Notes: a model not told the origin generated them from the letters alone. A DNA stretch of 64,000 nt from an uncultured delta proteobacterium (GCA_963724765.1 CAVRVY010000003.1:1216001-1280000); one strand, 5' to 3'; shown: positions 27,440-41,157, numbered from the stretch's first letter. Numbers and translations: made by a program.

Positions 27440-28936
27440 CTAGCCGCGGCGGAGAGCGCGGCCCGGGCGAGCGTCCGTATGCCGGCCGTTTGCGACCACG
27501 GCGACGCCGTTGACGAAGACGTGCGCGATGCCAACCGGGTAGCGCTTGGGCTCGTTGAAAGTCCCCGCGTCGATTACCGTCTCCGGATCGAAGATCACCA
27601 GGTCGGCATATGCTCCGGCGCGCAGCACGCCGCGATCCGCGAGGCTGAACTTTTGCGCCGGCATCCCGGTCATTCGATATATCGCGTCTTCCATCGTGAG
27701 CAATCCAATTTCCCGCGCGTAATGGCCGAGCACTCGCGCAAAGGTCCCGTAAAGCCGCGGATGAGGCTTCCCGCCCAGCGGAATTCCATCCGATCCGATC
27801 ATGGTCGTCGGATGGCGCATCACGGTCTGCACGTCGCCCTCGTCCATCAGGTCGAGGATGGCGATCGCGCGATGCTGTTCGTCGGTATCGACCTTGCGCG
27901 CCGCGTCCTCGGGCGAAAGACCCAGTTGCGCGGCGAGTTCCGCGATCGTTTTGCCCTCGTACTCCGGATGAAGCGGCGCGGAGGCAATCATCACGCTCGC
28001 GGGCTCGATCCGCGCGATCCCGCCGCGGTCGCCCTGCGGGTTGAAGGCGTTGTTGTGCAGCACCGCGGCCAGCATCGTGCTGCCCGAGGTGTACGGATAC
28101 TGATCCGCGGTCACGTCGAGGCCCTCGGCGCGCGCTTCTTCGATTAGTTTGATCGATTCGCGCACGCGGCCCCAGTTTCTTTTTCCCGCGGCCTTGTGAT
28201 GCGAGATCTGGACGCGCACCCCGGACTCGCGGCCGATGCGGATAGCCTCGCGCACGGCGTCGAGCAGGCCCGAGGCTTCGTTGCGCATGTGGGTCGCATA
28301 AACTCCGCCGGCGGCGGCCACGTCACGCGCCAGTTCGATTACCTCTTCTGTTGCGCAATGGCGGCCCGGCTCATAGATGAGCCCGGTGGAGAGGCCGATC
28401 GCGCCGGCTTCGAGCCCTTCGCGTACCAACTCGCGCATCGCGCGCTGCTCGTCTGGGGTCGGCGCGCGGCGCGCCATCCCCATTACGGCGGCGCGGATGG
28501 TGTTGTGCCCGACCAGCATCGCGACGTTGAGGCTCGGCGGCGCATGGTCAACCGCTTCGAGGTAGCCGCGATAGCCCTCCCATCCAGGCAGCGCCGCGTC
28601 GCCGAAGAAAGTGCCAAAATGTTCGCGCACCGCTTGGTAGGGCGCCGCACCCATCCCGCAGTTGCCGATCACTTCCGTGGTGACGCCCTGCATCAGCTTG
28701 AAGTCCATCGCGGGCGTGGTCAGCACGGCGAAGTCGTCATGGCTATGGACGTCGATGAAGCCGGGTGCGAGCGCGAGCCCCTGCGCATCGATTTCGAGCG
28801 CCGCATCGCCCTCAATTTCGCCGAGTGCCGCGATTCGATCGCCGCGCACCGCGAGACTGCCGACGTAAGGTGCCGCGCCAGTGCCGTCGAAGATGCGCGC
28901 ACCGCGAATGACGATGTCCCAGCGATCGCCGCTCAT
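27440..28936 (-). CDS. N-acyl-D-amino-acid deacylase (D-aminoacylase)
   Basis: APGFIDVHSHDD, GVTTEVIGNCG, STGLIYEPG, DQYPY, GSDG, PHPRLYGTF. Confidence 0.93.
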   Translation of the reverse strand: MSGDRWDIVIRGARIFDGTGAAPYVGSLAVRGDRIAALGEIEGDAALEIDAQGLALAPGFIDVHSHDDFAVLTTPAMDFKLMQGVTTEVIGNCGMGAAPYQAVREHFGTFFGDAALPGWEGYRGYLEAVDHAPPSLNVAMLVGHNTIRAAVMGMARRAPTPDEQRAMRELVREGLEAGAIGLSTGLIYEPGRHCATEEVIELARDVAAAGGVYATHMRNEASGLLDAVREAIRIGRESGVRVQISHHKAAGKRNWGRVRESIKLIEEARAEGLDVTADQYPYTSGSTMLAAVLHNNAFNPQGDRGGIARIEPASVMIASAPLHPEYEGKTIAELAAQLGLSPEDAARKVDTDEQHRAIAILDLMDEGDVQTVMRHPTTMIGSDGIPLGGKPHPRLYGTFARVLGHYAREIGLLTMEDAIYRMTGMPAQKFSLADRGVLRAGAYADLVIFDPETVIDAGTFNEPKRYPVGIAHVFVNGVAVVANGRHTDARPGRALRRG

Positions 28937-28944
28937 ATCAGAAG

Positions 28945-30108
28945 TTAGCCGCGGGCGAAGCGCGCCGGCGAAACCGCCGCTTCGGTCACGCCTTGCCCGG
29001 CGAGGTCCGAGGGAACGCCGCGCCCGAGCGCAAGGCTCGCGGTCAGCCGCCCCATCGACGGCGAAGTCTCGATTCCATAGCCGCCCTGGCCGGCCAGCCA
29101 GAAGAATCCCTCCACGCGCGGGTCGTAGCCGACGACCGGGCATCCGTCGGCGACGAACGAACGCAGGCCCGCCCATTTGCGGATGATGTGCGCGACCGGA
29201 ATGCGCGCGGCACGCTGAATCCGATCGACGGCAAGCGCGACGTCGAAGTCGTCAGGCTGCACGTCGCACGGATCCATCGGTGTTTGATCGGCCGGCGAGC
29301 CGAGGAACTTGCCAGCGTCGGGCTTGAAATAGAATTTCTCGCCGACGTCGATCACCGAGGGCCATCTCGCGATGTCGGCGCCGGGCGGCGGATCGAAAAT
29401 GAACGCGGTGCGCCGCTTCGGCACGAGGCCGATCGGGGCCGCCCCGGCCATCGCCCCCACCACGTCGCACCAGGCCCCCGCCGCGTTGACCACGACCGGC
29501 GCGCCGAAGTCGCCGGCCGCGGTCCGCGAGATCCATCCGACCTTGCCGCCGCTGCCGCCATTGCCGCTATTGCCACCGTTGTGCTCCAGGCTCAGGAGCT
29601 CGGCGCTGGTTACCAGCTTGCCGCCGCGCGCGCGCATCCCGCGGATGAATCCCCAGTGGATCGCGTGCACGTCCATGTCCATCGCCTCGGGGTCAAGCAC
29701 CGCGCCGGCAAGGTAGTCCTGCTTCAGCAGCGGCACGAGCGTGCACGCCTCTTTCGGATCAAGGTGGCGGACGCCGGCGATGTGGCGCGACGATTGAGCG
29801 AAATTCTGTTCGAGCAATGCGGACTGGTCGGCGCGCCCGATGAGGAGCATCCCGCGCGCCGTCAGCAACGGATGCTCGGTGAAACCGGCGGGCGGGTCGA
29901 GGAAGAAGTTTTTTGCGCCCCGGCTGAGAGCACGAATCACCGAGGGCCCATGGGTCTGGACGAAGAGCGCAGCGGAGCGGCCGGTCGTATGGTAGCCGGG
30001 CTGACTTTCGCGTTCGAGCACCAGCACCCGGCCATGCGCGGCCAGTTCATAGCCAGCCGATGCGCCCGCGATACCGCCGCCTACGACTATGAAATCGTAA
30101 CTGTCCAT
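28945..30108 (-). CDS. FAD-dependent oxidoreductase (DAO / D-amino-acid dehydrogenase family)
   Basis: VVGGGIAG, GYHTTGRSAA, VNAAGAW, WAGLR, GQGGYGI. Confidence 0.92.
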   Translation of the reverse strand: MDSYDFIVVGGGIAGASAGYELAAHGRVLVLERESQPGYHTTGRSAALFVQTHGPSVIRALSRGAKNFFLDPPAGFTEHPLLTARGMLLIGRADQSALLEQNFAQSSRHIAGVRHLDPKEACTLVPLLKQDYLAGAVLDPEAMDMDVHAIHWGFIRGMRARGGKLVTSAELLSLEHNGGNSGNGGSGGKVGWISRTAAGDFGAPVVVNAAGAWCDVVGAMAGAAPIGLVPKRRTAFIFDPPPGADIARWPSVIDVGEKFYFKPDAGKFLGSPADQTPMDPCDVQPDDFDVALAVDRIQRAARIPVAHIIRKWAGLRSFVADGCPVVGYDPRVEGFFWLAGQGGYGIETSPSMGRLTASLALGRGVPSDLAGQGVTEAAVSPARFARG

Positions 30109-30111
30109 CAG

Positions 30112-30180
30112 GGGTTTAATTGCAGGGTTTAATTGCAGAGTTTTATTTGCAGGGTCTTGCTTGCGGGTTTTACTTTTGCG
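30112..30180 (+). repeat. About 5 x 13-15-bp degenerate tandem repeat in divergent promoter region
   Basis: gggtttaattgca gggtttaattgca gagttttatttgca gggtcttgcttgc gggttttacttttgc. Confidence 0.8.
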
Positions 30181-30315
30181 TTCCCTTATGGCTCACGCTC
30201 TATCGCCCGTTCTCTTATCGCGCCGCTGGCATGCGAGATCAAGGTGGTTGCGAAGCGGGGAAGGTTCCAGCTAACCATTCGTGCGGCGACTCAAAACCAG
30301 AAAGGAAGTGGTGCG

Positions 30316-31515
30316 ATGGCGAGGACGGCGCTTGCATTCTCGGTGATGCCCGATAGTCCGATCGAAAAGATCGTCGAGTGGACCAAAGACGCGGAGCAGA
30401 TGGGCTATGCCGCCGCTTTCATGACCGAGGCCAACAACGATTCGATCGCCTGCTCGCTGGCGCTCGGGATGCAGACGCGGCGTATCGGACTCGGCACCGC
30501 AATAACCAACATCTACCTGCGCCATCCGGCGCTGCTGGCCAACGAGGCCGCGACCGTGCATCAGTTGACCGGCGGACGCTTCATCCTGGGCCTCGGCACC
30601 GGGCACGGCGAGGGCAACTCGCGCCTGGGGATCGAGATGGGGCAGCCGATGGTGAAGATGCGCGAGACGGTGGCCACGTTGCGCAAGATGCTCGACGGCG
30701 GGGGGACCGGGCCCAAAATAAATGGCAAGCTGCCGCTCTACCTGGCGGGCGTGTCGCGCCCGATGGTGCGGATGGCGGGCGAGATCGCCGACGGGGTGAT
30801 TTTCAATTTTTTTCCGCCCGCCCGCGTGCGCGAAGCGCTGGGCGAGATCGCCGACGGCGCACGCGCCGCCGGGCGCAACCCGGCCGAGGCCGAGCCGGCG
30901 CTGTTCGCGACCGCGTTCATCGCGAACGACCTCGAGGCGGCGCGCCGTCCGGCGCGCACGCTGCTCTCGCGCTACGGGGCGCTGCGTTTTTACGGCAACA
31001 TGATGGCGAGGGCGGGGTTCGAGCGCGAGATCGCGGGGATTCGCGCGGCGCGCGGCGACGCCGCGCTGGCGCTCGCCGCGGTGAGCGATGCGATGATCGA
31101 CGCGACGCTGCTGGTCGGGTCCGAGGAGCGGGTGCGCGAGCGGCTGGCCGAGCTATGCGCGCCGGGGATCGGCACGGCGATCGTATTCGTCAACCCGGTC
31201 AACGAACCGCGCGAGGCCGCGGTCCGCCGGCTGATGCGCGCGCTGCGCCCCGTAAGGGCGCAGCGCGCGCATCAGTCCGGCGCAGCGCGCGCCGTCCCGG
31301 CGCGGCGTGTAACGCCGCGCCGGGACGAACGCGCTACGACGGCGACGAGGCGCCGGTGTCGCCGGCGCCCGGCTTCAGCATCGCGAAGAACCCCCGGATG
31401 CGCTTGTAGTTCACACCGAAGTCGCCGGTGCCGTCGCGCGAGCGCGAGCGCATCTCGACCAGGCTGCTGTTGGCGTCGGGGCCCGGACGCACCTGGATCA
31501 GGAAATCGTCTTTAA
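30316..31515 (+). CDS. LLM-class flavin-dependent oxidoreductase; domain ends about 31255 and the ORF reads on into the convergent gene
   Basis: LGTAITNIYLRHP, GGRFILGLGTG, LYLAG..P.M..AGEIADG. Confidence 0.88.
   Translation: MARTALAFSVMPDSPIEKIVEWTKDAEQMGYAAAFMTEANNDSIACSLALGMQTRRIGLGTAITNIYLRHPALLANEAATVHQLTGGRFILGLGTGHGEGNSRLGIEMGQPMVKMRETVATLRKMLDGGGTGPKINGKLPLYLAGVSRPMVRMAGEIADGVIFNFFPPARVREALGEIADGARAAGRNPAEAEPALFATAFIANDLEAARRPARTLLSRYGALRFYGNMMARAGFEREIAGIRAARGDAALALAAVSDAMIDATLLVGSEERVRERLAELCAPGIGTAIVFVNPVNEPREAAVRRLMRALRPVRAQRAHQSGAARAVPARRVTPRRDERATTATRRRCRRRPASASRRTPGCACSSHRSRRCRRASASASRPGCCWRRGPDAPGSGNRL
31293..31327. terminator. Perfect 16-bp-stem hairpin between convergent genes
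   Basis: cgtcccggcgcggcgt-gta-acgccgcgccgggacg. Confidence 0.6.
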
Positions 31516-32089
31516 AGCGGAAAAGGTAGGAAATTTCGACTCCTTCGACAGTGCGTGTCGCCGGATCGACGTAAACGATAAGCCATCCCGGCATCGTGTT
31601 GGCCGCGGCCTTCACCTTGGCGAAAGCGTCTTCGGGCTTTTCGGCGAGCCGCAGCGGGTCGAGCTTGGGATATTCCTTGCTTTGGACCGGCTCGAACTTG
31701 GCACGGTTGTATTTCATCGAGTCGGCTGACAGGTCCGGCGGTTGGACGAACGCAGGCGGATTTTCGTAGTCGGTCGTGATGTCGTTGATCTCCGGATACG
31801 GCATCGACATCCAGCGCCACATCGTGAACCCGACCGGGACGGCGACCAGCAGGCCGAGCACGATGCCGGCGACGGCCTTCGGCCGCCCGACGCGGCGTTC
31901 GGGTGCCGAGGTGCGCAGCAGGCCTATCAGGCCGAACAGCAGCGCCAAAATCGCGATTGCGAAGCTCAGCAGGAACATCATGAAGCCGGTCAGCGACGGG
32001 ATTACGCCGAGGTGGGCTCCCACCACGCCGACCACTACCAGCAGCACGGCGAGTATCGCGTCCAAGATGGAAAGCCAGGCCGGGATCAT
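31334..32089 (-). CDS. DUF1499-domain membrane protein
   Basis: 3 TM helices, then INDITTD..NPPAF, LFRFKDD, RSRSR.G.GDFGVN.KRI. Confidence 0.88.
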   Translation of the reverse strand: MIPAWLSILDAILAVLLVVVGVVGAHLGVIPSLTGFMMFLLSFAIAILALLFGLIGLLRTSAPERRVGRPKAVAGIVLGLLVAVPVGFTMWRWMSMPYPEINDITTDYENPPAFVQPPDLSADSMKYNRAKFEPVQSKEYPKLDPLRLAEKPEDAFAKVKAAANTMPGWLIVYVDPATRTVEGVEISYLFRFKDDFLIQVRPGPDANSSLVEMRSRSRDGTGDFGVNYKRIRGFFAMLKPGAGDTGASSPS

Positions 32090-32262
32090 CGTCGTTTCTC
32101 CTCAGTTGGCCGCAAGTGCGATAAATTGCACCAGCTTATTGATCCGTTACAGCAGTTACTGCGTAAATACAAAACGCGCGCGCATCGCGCCGCTGAAATT
32201 GCCCGTCACGTCTCGCTCGGATAGGCTGTAGTCGGAGAGCGCACGGGCCTCTTCTACCAAGC

Positions 32263-35799
<3,537 letters not shown>

Positions 35800-35833
35800 T
35801 CCTGCTTTTCCTTAGGCTATTGGGGAGCGCCCG

Positions 35834-37870
35834 TCAGGCGCGACGGCGGCGAATTTCGCACGCACGTGGGAATGCGATCGTGAAGATCGAGCCCTCACCC
35901 TTGCGGCTGGCGGCGGAAATTTGCGCGCCGCCGAGTTCCACGCACTTGCGCGCGAAGGCCAATCCCAGTCCCGCGCCCTCGAAGCGCCGGCTATGGCTGG
36001 CCTGCTCCTGCGAGAAAGGCTCGAACAGCCGCGGCAGATAGTTGTCGTCGATGCCGATGCCGGTATCGCGGACTTCGAGTTTCAAGGTGCCGGTGCTGTC
36101 GCGATCGAGCCCGAGAACGATCTCGCCGCGGTCGGTGAATTTGATTGCGTTCTGGACCAGGTTGCTCAGCGCGCTTTGCAGGCAGTATTCGTCGAAGCGC
36201 ACGGTGGCGTCGGACTCCATGATTTCGAGCCGCAGCTTGAGCCCCTTCTCGTTGGCCAGCACGCTGAGGTCGTTGGCCTGGTCCTCGATGAACGGGGCGA
36301 GCGCGATCGCCGAGGGGTTGAGCGTCAGCGCTCCGGCTTCCATGCGCGAGTAGTCGAGAATCTGCTGGATGGTTTTCAGCAGGCGGCGCCCGGCGCGCCC
36401 GAGCGCCTCGAGGTAGGCGTCCTGGGTATGGTCGCCGATATCGGCCAGGTGCTCACCGACGAGGTCGGTGTATCCCAGGATTACATTGAGCGGCGTGCGA
36501 ATCTCGTGGCTGGTGTTGGCGAGGAAGGTGGATTTAAGGCGCATGGATTCGAGCGCGGAGTCGCGCGCGCTGGCCAGTTCGATATCGGCCGCGCGGCGCT
36601 CGCTGATGTCGCGCAGGACTGTCACCACGCGCGGCCCGACGCCCAGATCGACCATCACCGAGGATAGCAGCGTCGGCACGCTCCTGTCATCGCGAGCGCG
36701 CAGGTCAGCCTCGAAGTTGCTCACCGCCCCGCGCTCGAGCACCTCGCGTCCGAAGCGGCGATAGTCTTCCTGATTCACGAAGAGCGCGAGATCCCGCGGG
36801 TCTTTACCCAGCGCCTGGTCACGGCCGTGACCATAGATGCGGCTAAAGGCGCTGTTAACGTCGACGATTCGGCCGTCGTCCGGGGTCGCAATCACGATCG
36901 CGTCGCGGCTGCTATCGAAGATGCCGCGAAAGCGCCGCTCGCTCTCGCGCAGTTCATCCAGCATCCGCTCGCGCGCCGTTACGTCGCGCGAATTGGCCAC
37001 GATGCGTGGCGCGCCCTTGCCGTCGACGGTGAGGCGGAACTTGCGCTCCAGTACCCGCCAGGTGCCGTCCTTGTGGCGCAGCCGGATGTGGACGATGCGT
37101 TCTTCTGAGCCGCCCTCGGCTATCCGGCGAAGCTCGGCCGCAAGCATCTCACGATCATTCGGTTCGCAGAACTCAAGCACGCTTTTGCCAACGAGTTCTT
37201 CGGCCTTGTAGCCGGCGATTTTTTCGATCGAAGGACTCTCGAAGCGGATCGTGCCGTCGAAATCGAAGACCGTGATCAGATCCGAGGAATCCTCGATGAG
37301 TGAGCGAAAGTAGCGCTCGCTGGCGCGCACCTCGCGCTCGCTCTGGCTCTGTCCGATCGCCAGCCCCAGGATGTTGGCGATCGATTGCAGGAAATTCACC
37401 TCGTCATGGTTGTACTGGCGCGGCTGCCTATCGTGAGCCGCGAGCACGCCGAAGGGCCGGTCGCGGCCGTGAATCACCGCCGTCACGCCGCTACGCACCG
37501 AAGAGCGTTCGGCGACGGCACTGCTCAGGCGCCGCTCGCTGCTGAAGTCGGTCACGATCACGGGAGCGTTGACTAGCAGTGTATAGCCCGCTTGCGAGCG
37601 CGAGCCCCCCTCTGCGACGATGGTGCGCACCACGCCCGCTTCCCATCCGGCGCCGGCCGTGCAAAGCAGGGTCTCGCGATCCGGCTGCAACTCCGCCACG
37701 GTGGCGTAGTCAATCCGCAACGTCTGACGTACCAGCCGAGTAGCTTCGTCGAACAGTTGTGGCAGATCGCTACCAATCAGCGCGCGCTGGCTGAGCGAGG
37801 CTATGACCGACTGCTGAAGGGCGTAGTCGTCGCGCGCATTGCTGATTTCTTTTAATTCGTCGTCGACCAT
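35834..37870 (-). CDS. Cytoplasmic GAF-PAS-PAS sensor histidine kinase
   Basis: GAF, two PAS domains, SHEIRTPLN, NLVQNAIKFT, DTGIG, GAGLGL. Confidence 0.93.
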   Translation of the reverse strand: MVDDELKEISNARDDYALQQSVIASLSQRALIGSDLPQLFDEATRLVRQTLRIDYATVAELQPDRETLLCTAGAGWEAGVVRTIVAEGGSRSQAGYTLLVNAPVIVTDFSSERRLSSAVAERSSVRSGVTAVIHGRDRPFGVLAAHDRQPRQYNHDEVNFLQSIANILGLAIGQSQSEREVRASERYFRSLIEDSSDLITVFDFDGTIRFESPSIEKIAGYKAEELVGKSVLEFCEPNDREMLAAELRRIAEGGSEERIVHIRLRHKDGTWRVLERKFRLTVDGKGAPRIVANSRDVTARERMLDELRESERRFRGIFDSSRDAIVIATPDDGRIVDVNSAFSRIYGHGRDQALGKDPRDLALFVNQEDYRRFGREVLERGAVSNFEADLRARDDRSVPTLLSSVMVDLGVGPRVVTVLRDISERRAADIELASARDSALESMRLKSTFLANTSHEIRTPLNVILGYTDLVGEHLADIGDHTQDAYLEALGRAGRRLLKTIQQILDYSRMEAGALTLNPSAIALAPFIEDQANDLSVLANEKGLKLRLEIMESDATVRFDEYCLQSALSNLVQNAIKFTDRGEIVLGLDRDSTGTLKLEVRDTGIGIDDNYLPRLFEPFSQEQASHSRRFEGAGLGLAFARKCVELGGAQISAASRKGEGSIFTIAFPRACEIRRRRA

Positions 37871-38092
37871 CGCCGCCTACACCGCGCGCAATGATCAATG
37901 GCAAAGAGAGCAATCAGGACCGACGACGTGAGCCGCGTGGTCATCGCACGTTTTGTTGTTCCCTACGTTACTCTCTAATGGTTACTAAGCCAAGCGCTAT
38001 CTGTCCTGGCTTTGCCCTTCAGCAGGGACACGTATCACTCCGCGCCACCGAGTCCTGTTAGTGCGGCGAAGACGTCGCCTTTCGCCTCCGGC

Positions 38093-38120
38093 TTGACGGT
38101 CGCGCGAGCCGGATGATAAT
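38093..38120 (+). promoter_or_regulatory. Sigma-70-type promoter of rubrerythrin operon
   Basis: TTGACG (38093-98), 16 nt spacer, GATAAT (38115-20). Confidence 0.6.
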
Positions 38121-38130
38121 AATTATCATC
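38112..38130. promoter_or_regulatory. Fur-family binding box (perfect 9-1-9 palindrome)
   Basis: GATGATAAT-A-ATTATCATC containing the 7-1-7 Fur core TGATAATnATTATCA, overlapping the -10. Confidence 0.8.
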
Positions 38131-38288
38131 TGGCAGGCAGGGCAAAATCGCTTCGCTGGAGGGCCGCCGGCAATCCGGGCGGCCGGAGGGCGGGCGCTCG
38201 AGCCGCCGTGCAAGCTTGTTGCGGCGCCGCGCCGCCGAGGTTGCGCTGCCGGTCATTAACCACAAATACGCTCAGGGAGAGGGCAACG

Positions 38289-38705
38289 ATGAAGAGTCTG
38301 AAGGGAACCAAGACACACGCCAACCTTAAGGATGCTTTTGCCGGCGAAAGCCAGGCCAACCGGCGCTACCTGTACTTCGCCAAGATCGCCGACGTTGAGG
38401 GCCAGCCCGAGATCGCGGGGCTTTTCCGCGACACCGCCGAGGGCGAGACCGGACACGCGCACGGCCATCTCGATTATCTCAAACAGGTTGGCGACCCGGC
38501 CACCGACCAGCCGATCGGCGACAGCATGCTCAATCTGAAGTCGGCCGTCCACGGCGAGACCTACGAGTACACGAACATGTACCCAGGGATGGCGAAGGTT
38601 GCCCGCGAAGAGGGCTTCGAGGAGATCGCCGACTGGTTCGAGACCCTGGCCAAGGCCGAGAAGTCGCACGCCGGGCGCTTTCAGAAAGCCAGCACGACGC
38701 TGTAG
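38289..38705 (+). CDS. rbr: Short rubrerythrin lacking the rubredoxin domain
   Basis: [38 protein letters not shown]; no C-terminal CxxC. Confidence 0.93.
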   Translation: MKSLKGTKTHANLKDAFAGESQANRRYLYFAKIADVEGQPEIAGLFRDTAEGETGHAHGHLDYLKQVGDPATDQPIGDSMLNLKSAVHGETYEYTNMYPGMAKVAREEGFEEIADWFETLAKAEKSHAGRFQKASTTL

Positions 38706-38903
38706 CGGCGGGCTGCATCATGGGCGCCGTGCGCGCGCGGGTGCGCCGGCGCCCTTCGCGTCAATCAGGAACCCGGCCTGCCTGACACCATTAGGCGCCT
38801 GGTGGGCCGGCGTTCGTACTCGCATTGCCATCGCCGTCTGACGGTAATGTCTGGCCGTAGCCTCGATGGGCCGCCCGAGATTGGCCTAATGAGAGCCGCT
38901 TAA

Positions 38904-40250
38904 ATGGACCGCATCCAGTCGCGACCTACCGACGCTCTTTCGTACAACCCAAACGAGCCCAAGTACTGGGAGCGCGCGGCGCTCGACAAGGAACTCGAGC
39001 GCGTCTTCGACATCTGCGCGGGCTGCCGGCTGTGCTTCAACCTGTGCCCCTCGTTCCCGGAACTGTTCGGGGCGCTCGACAGCAGTGACGGCGACGTGCG
39101 CAGCCTGAGCGCGGCGCAAAACCAGCGCGTGATCGATCTGTGTTACGGCTGCAAGCTGTGCGAGGTGCGATGCCCGTACACACCGCATGACGGTCACGAG
39201 TTCCAGCTCGACTTCCCGCGCCTGATGCTGCGGGCGCGCGCGGTCGAGGCCCGCGAGCGTGGCCTCGGCATGCGCGAGAAGATGCTCGGCAATCCGGACC
39301 GTCTGGGTAAGCTCGGCAGCGCGGTTCCGAAGCTCGCCAACTGGGCCTGCCGCAGCCCCTTTCAGCGCGTCATGATGGAAAAGATGCTCGGCATTTCGCG
39401 CGCCAAGCAACTGCCCGAGTTCGCCGGCGAAACCTTCGAGGCGTGGCTCGCGCGCACGGGAATTCCGGCTGCGCCCGCCGAGCCGGCGGCCAAGGTCGCG
39501 ATCTTCCATACCTGCTTCGTCAACTACTACAACCCGGCGCCCGGACGCGCGCTGGTTTCAGTGCTCGCGCGTAATCGATGCGCGATCGCGTCGCCGGCGC
39601 AGAACTGCTGCGGAATGCCGGCGCTGGACGGCGGCGACGTCGCCTTTGCGCAAAAGCTCGCGCGCGCCAATCTGGCCTCGATGCTGCCGCTGGTACGCCA
39701 GGGCTACCGCGTCGCCGCCATCAATCCAACCTGCTCGCTGATGATGCGCAAGGAATACCCCGACCTGCTCGACACCGTCGAGGCTCGCGAGCTGGCCGCC
39801 GCCGTTGCCGACCCGCACGAGTTGCTCTATGCGCTCCGGCGCGAGGGCAAATTCGACCGCGAATTTCGCACCACTCCGGGCAAGGTCGCGTATCACGTCC
39901 CGTGCCATCTCAAGGCCCAGAACGTCGGGTTGCGTTCGCGCGATCTCATCCGATCGATCCCGGGCGCGGAGGTCGTGACGGTGGACGCTTGCACGGCGCA
40001 CGACGGCACCTGGGCGATGAAAAAAGAGTTCTTCGAGCTGTCGATGAAGTGGGGCGCAAAGGCGTTCGCGGGAATGAAGGACGCCGAGGCGCAGGTGTTG
40101 GCCACCGACTGTCCGCTGGCCGCGATCCAGATCGAGCAGGCCATCGGCGTGCGTCCGCTCAACCCGGTCGAAATTCTGGCGCGCGCTTACGAGGCCGACG
40201 GCTTCGCCGCTCCCGTGCCGTCGCCGGAGCCGCCCGGCGCCGAGGAGTGA
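38904..40250 (+). CDS. Rubrerythrin-associated Fe-S oxidoreductase (GlpC/HdrD-like, CCG domains)
   Basis: CAGCRLCFNLC, CYGCKLCEVRC, CCGMP, YHVPCH, TDCP. Confidence 0.9.
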   Translation: MDRIQSRPTDALSYNPNEPKYWERAALDKELERVFDICAGCRLCFNLCPSFPELFGALDSSDGDVRSLSAAQNQRVIDLCYGCKLCEVRCPYTPHDGHEFQLDFPRLMLRARAVEARERGLGMREKMLGNPDRLGKLGSAVPKLANWACRSPFQRVMMEKMLGISRAKQLPEFAGETFEAWLARTGIPAAPAEPAAKVAIFHTCFVNYYNPAPGRALVSVLARNRCAIASPAQNCCGMPALDGGDVAFAQKLARANLASMLPLVRQGYRVAAINPTCSLMMRKEYPDLLDTVEARELAAAVADPHELLYALRREGKFDREFRTTPGKVAYHVPCHLKAQNVGLRSRDLIRSIPGAEVVTVDACTAHDGTWAMKKEFFELSMKWGAKAFAGMKDAEAQVLATDCPLAAIQIEQAIGVRPLNPVEILARAYEADGFAAPVPSPEPPGAEE

Positions 40251-40255
40251 AAGCC

Positions 40256-40840
40256 GTGAAACCTATAACTCCAACTGAAGTGCTGCCGCTGACGACCTAC
40301 GATCGCGTGCGCGCGTTGCTGCGCCCGCTGTGTATCGCCGAGAAGGCGCGCCGTCGCCTCGCCGTTGGCCCGCATCTCACACTGATGTTCGAGAACCGCC
40401 AGACCGTCTGGTATCAAATCCAGGAAATCCTACGCACCGAGCGTATTTTCGAGGACGCCGCGATCAACGCCGAGGTCGAGACCTACAACGAACTTCTCCC
40501 GCGCCCGGGCGAACTCTTCGCCACCCTGCTCGTGGAGTATGCAGACCCGGCCGAGCGCGATGTCGAACTTGCCCGCCTGGTAGGCCTAGAGCGCCATCTG
40601 TGGATGGTTCTTGATGGGCGGCGCGTCGGCGCGCGCTTCGATGAACGCCAGATGTCGCCCGACCAGATAAGCGCGGTCCAGTTCATCGCTTTTCCGCTGG
40701 GCGTGGACGCCGGCAGTTTTGGAGAACTGGCGGCCGCCGGCAAGGTCGCGGTCGAAGTCGACCACCCGCATCTCTCCCTGCGCACTCCCATCGAAGGCCT
40801 GCTCGCGGCGGCGCTGACCGATGATCTCCGTCCCGATTAG
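40256..40840 (+). CDS. DUF3501-family protein
   Basis: GAGGAG RBS; RR..VGP...FENRQTVWYQIQE, YNELLP, SAVQF, VDHP. Confidence 0.88.
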   Translation: MKPITPTEVLPLTTYDRVRALLRPLCIAEKARRRLAVGPHLTLMFENRQTVWYQIQEILRTERIFEDAAINAEVETYNELLPRPGELFATLLVEYADPAERDVELARLVGLERHLWMVLDGRRVGARFDERQMSPDQISAVQFIAFPLGVDAGSFGELAAAGKVAVEVDHPHLSLRTPIEGLLAAALTDDLRPD

Positions 40841-41157
40841 GGCTCGGGTTGCTTCTCGCCCAGCAGCCGATCAAATCCAGTAGATTTGCAATCCAGTCAG
40901 GTTTGTCCCTAAGAAGGCGCCGTCTGGTGAAGGACCACGCTGCTGGTTGCTCAATTGCGTCAAATAATAGCTTAGGCTACACTGGAACGTCTTATGGATG
41001 TCTAAACCGTGTATCCGTGGGTCGAAGGCTACACGGGCTCTTGCTACACAGCGCGCAGTTATGCGGAGTATAAAGGCCCTGAGGAAAATGTCCTTATTCC
41101 GCAGAGTTGTCGTTCTTTTACCTGAACCGAGCATCGTTGGCGGTTGAATTAATCTTG

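Noticed and set aside
32090-32262. SAM or cobalamin riboswitch upstream of metH
   Set aside because: No recognisable conserved riboswitch core by eye; an Rfam scan would be needed.
35834-37870. Orphan histidine kinase as part of a novel system with the rubrerythrin operon
   Set aside because: Only adjacency supports a link; orphan PAS kinases are common.
40849-41134. Short ORFs in the AT-richer spacer before the WecA-like gene
   Set aside because: No RBS, atypical codon usage and no motifs; treated as non-coding.
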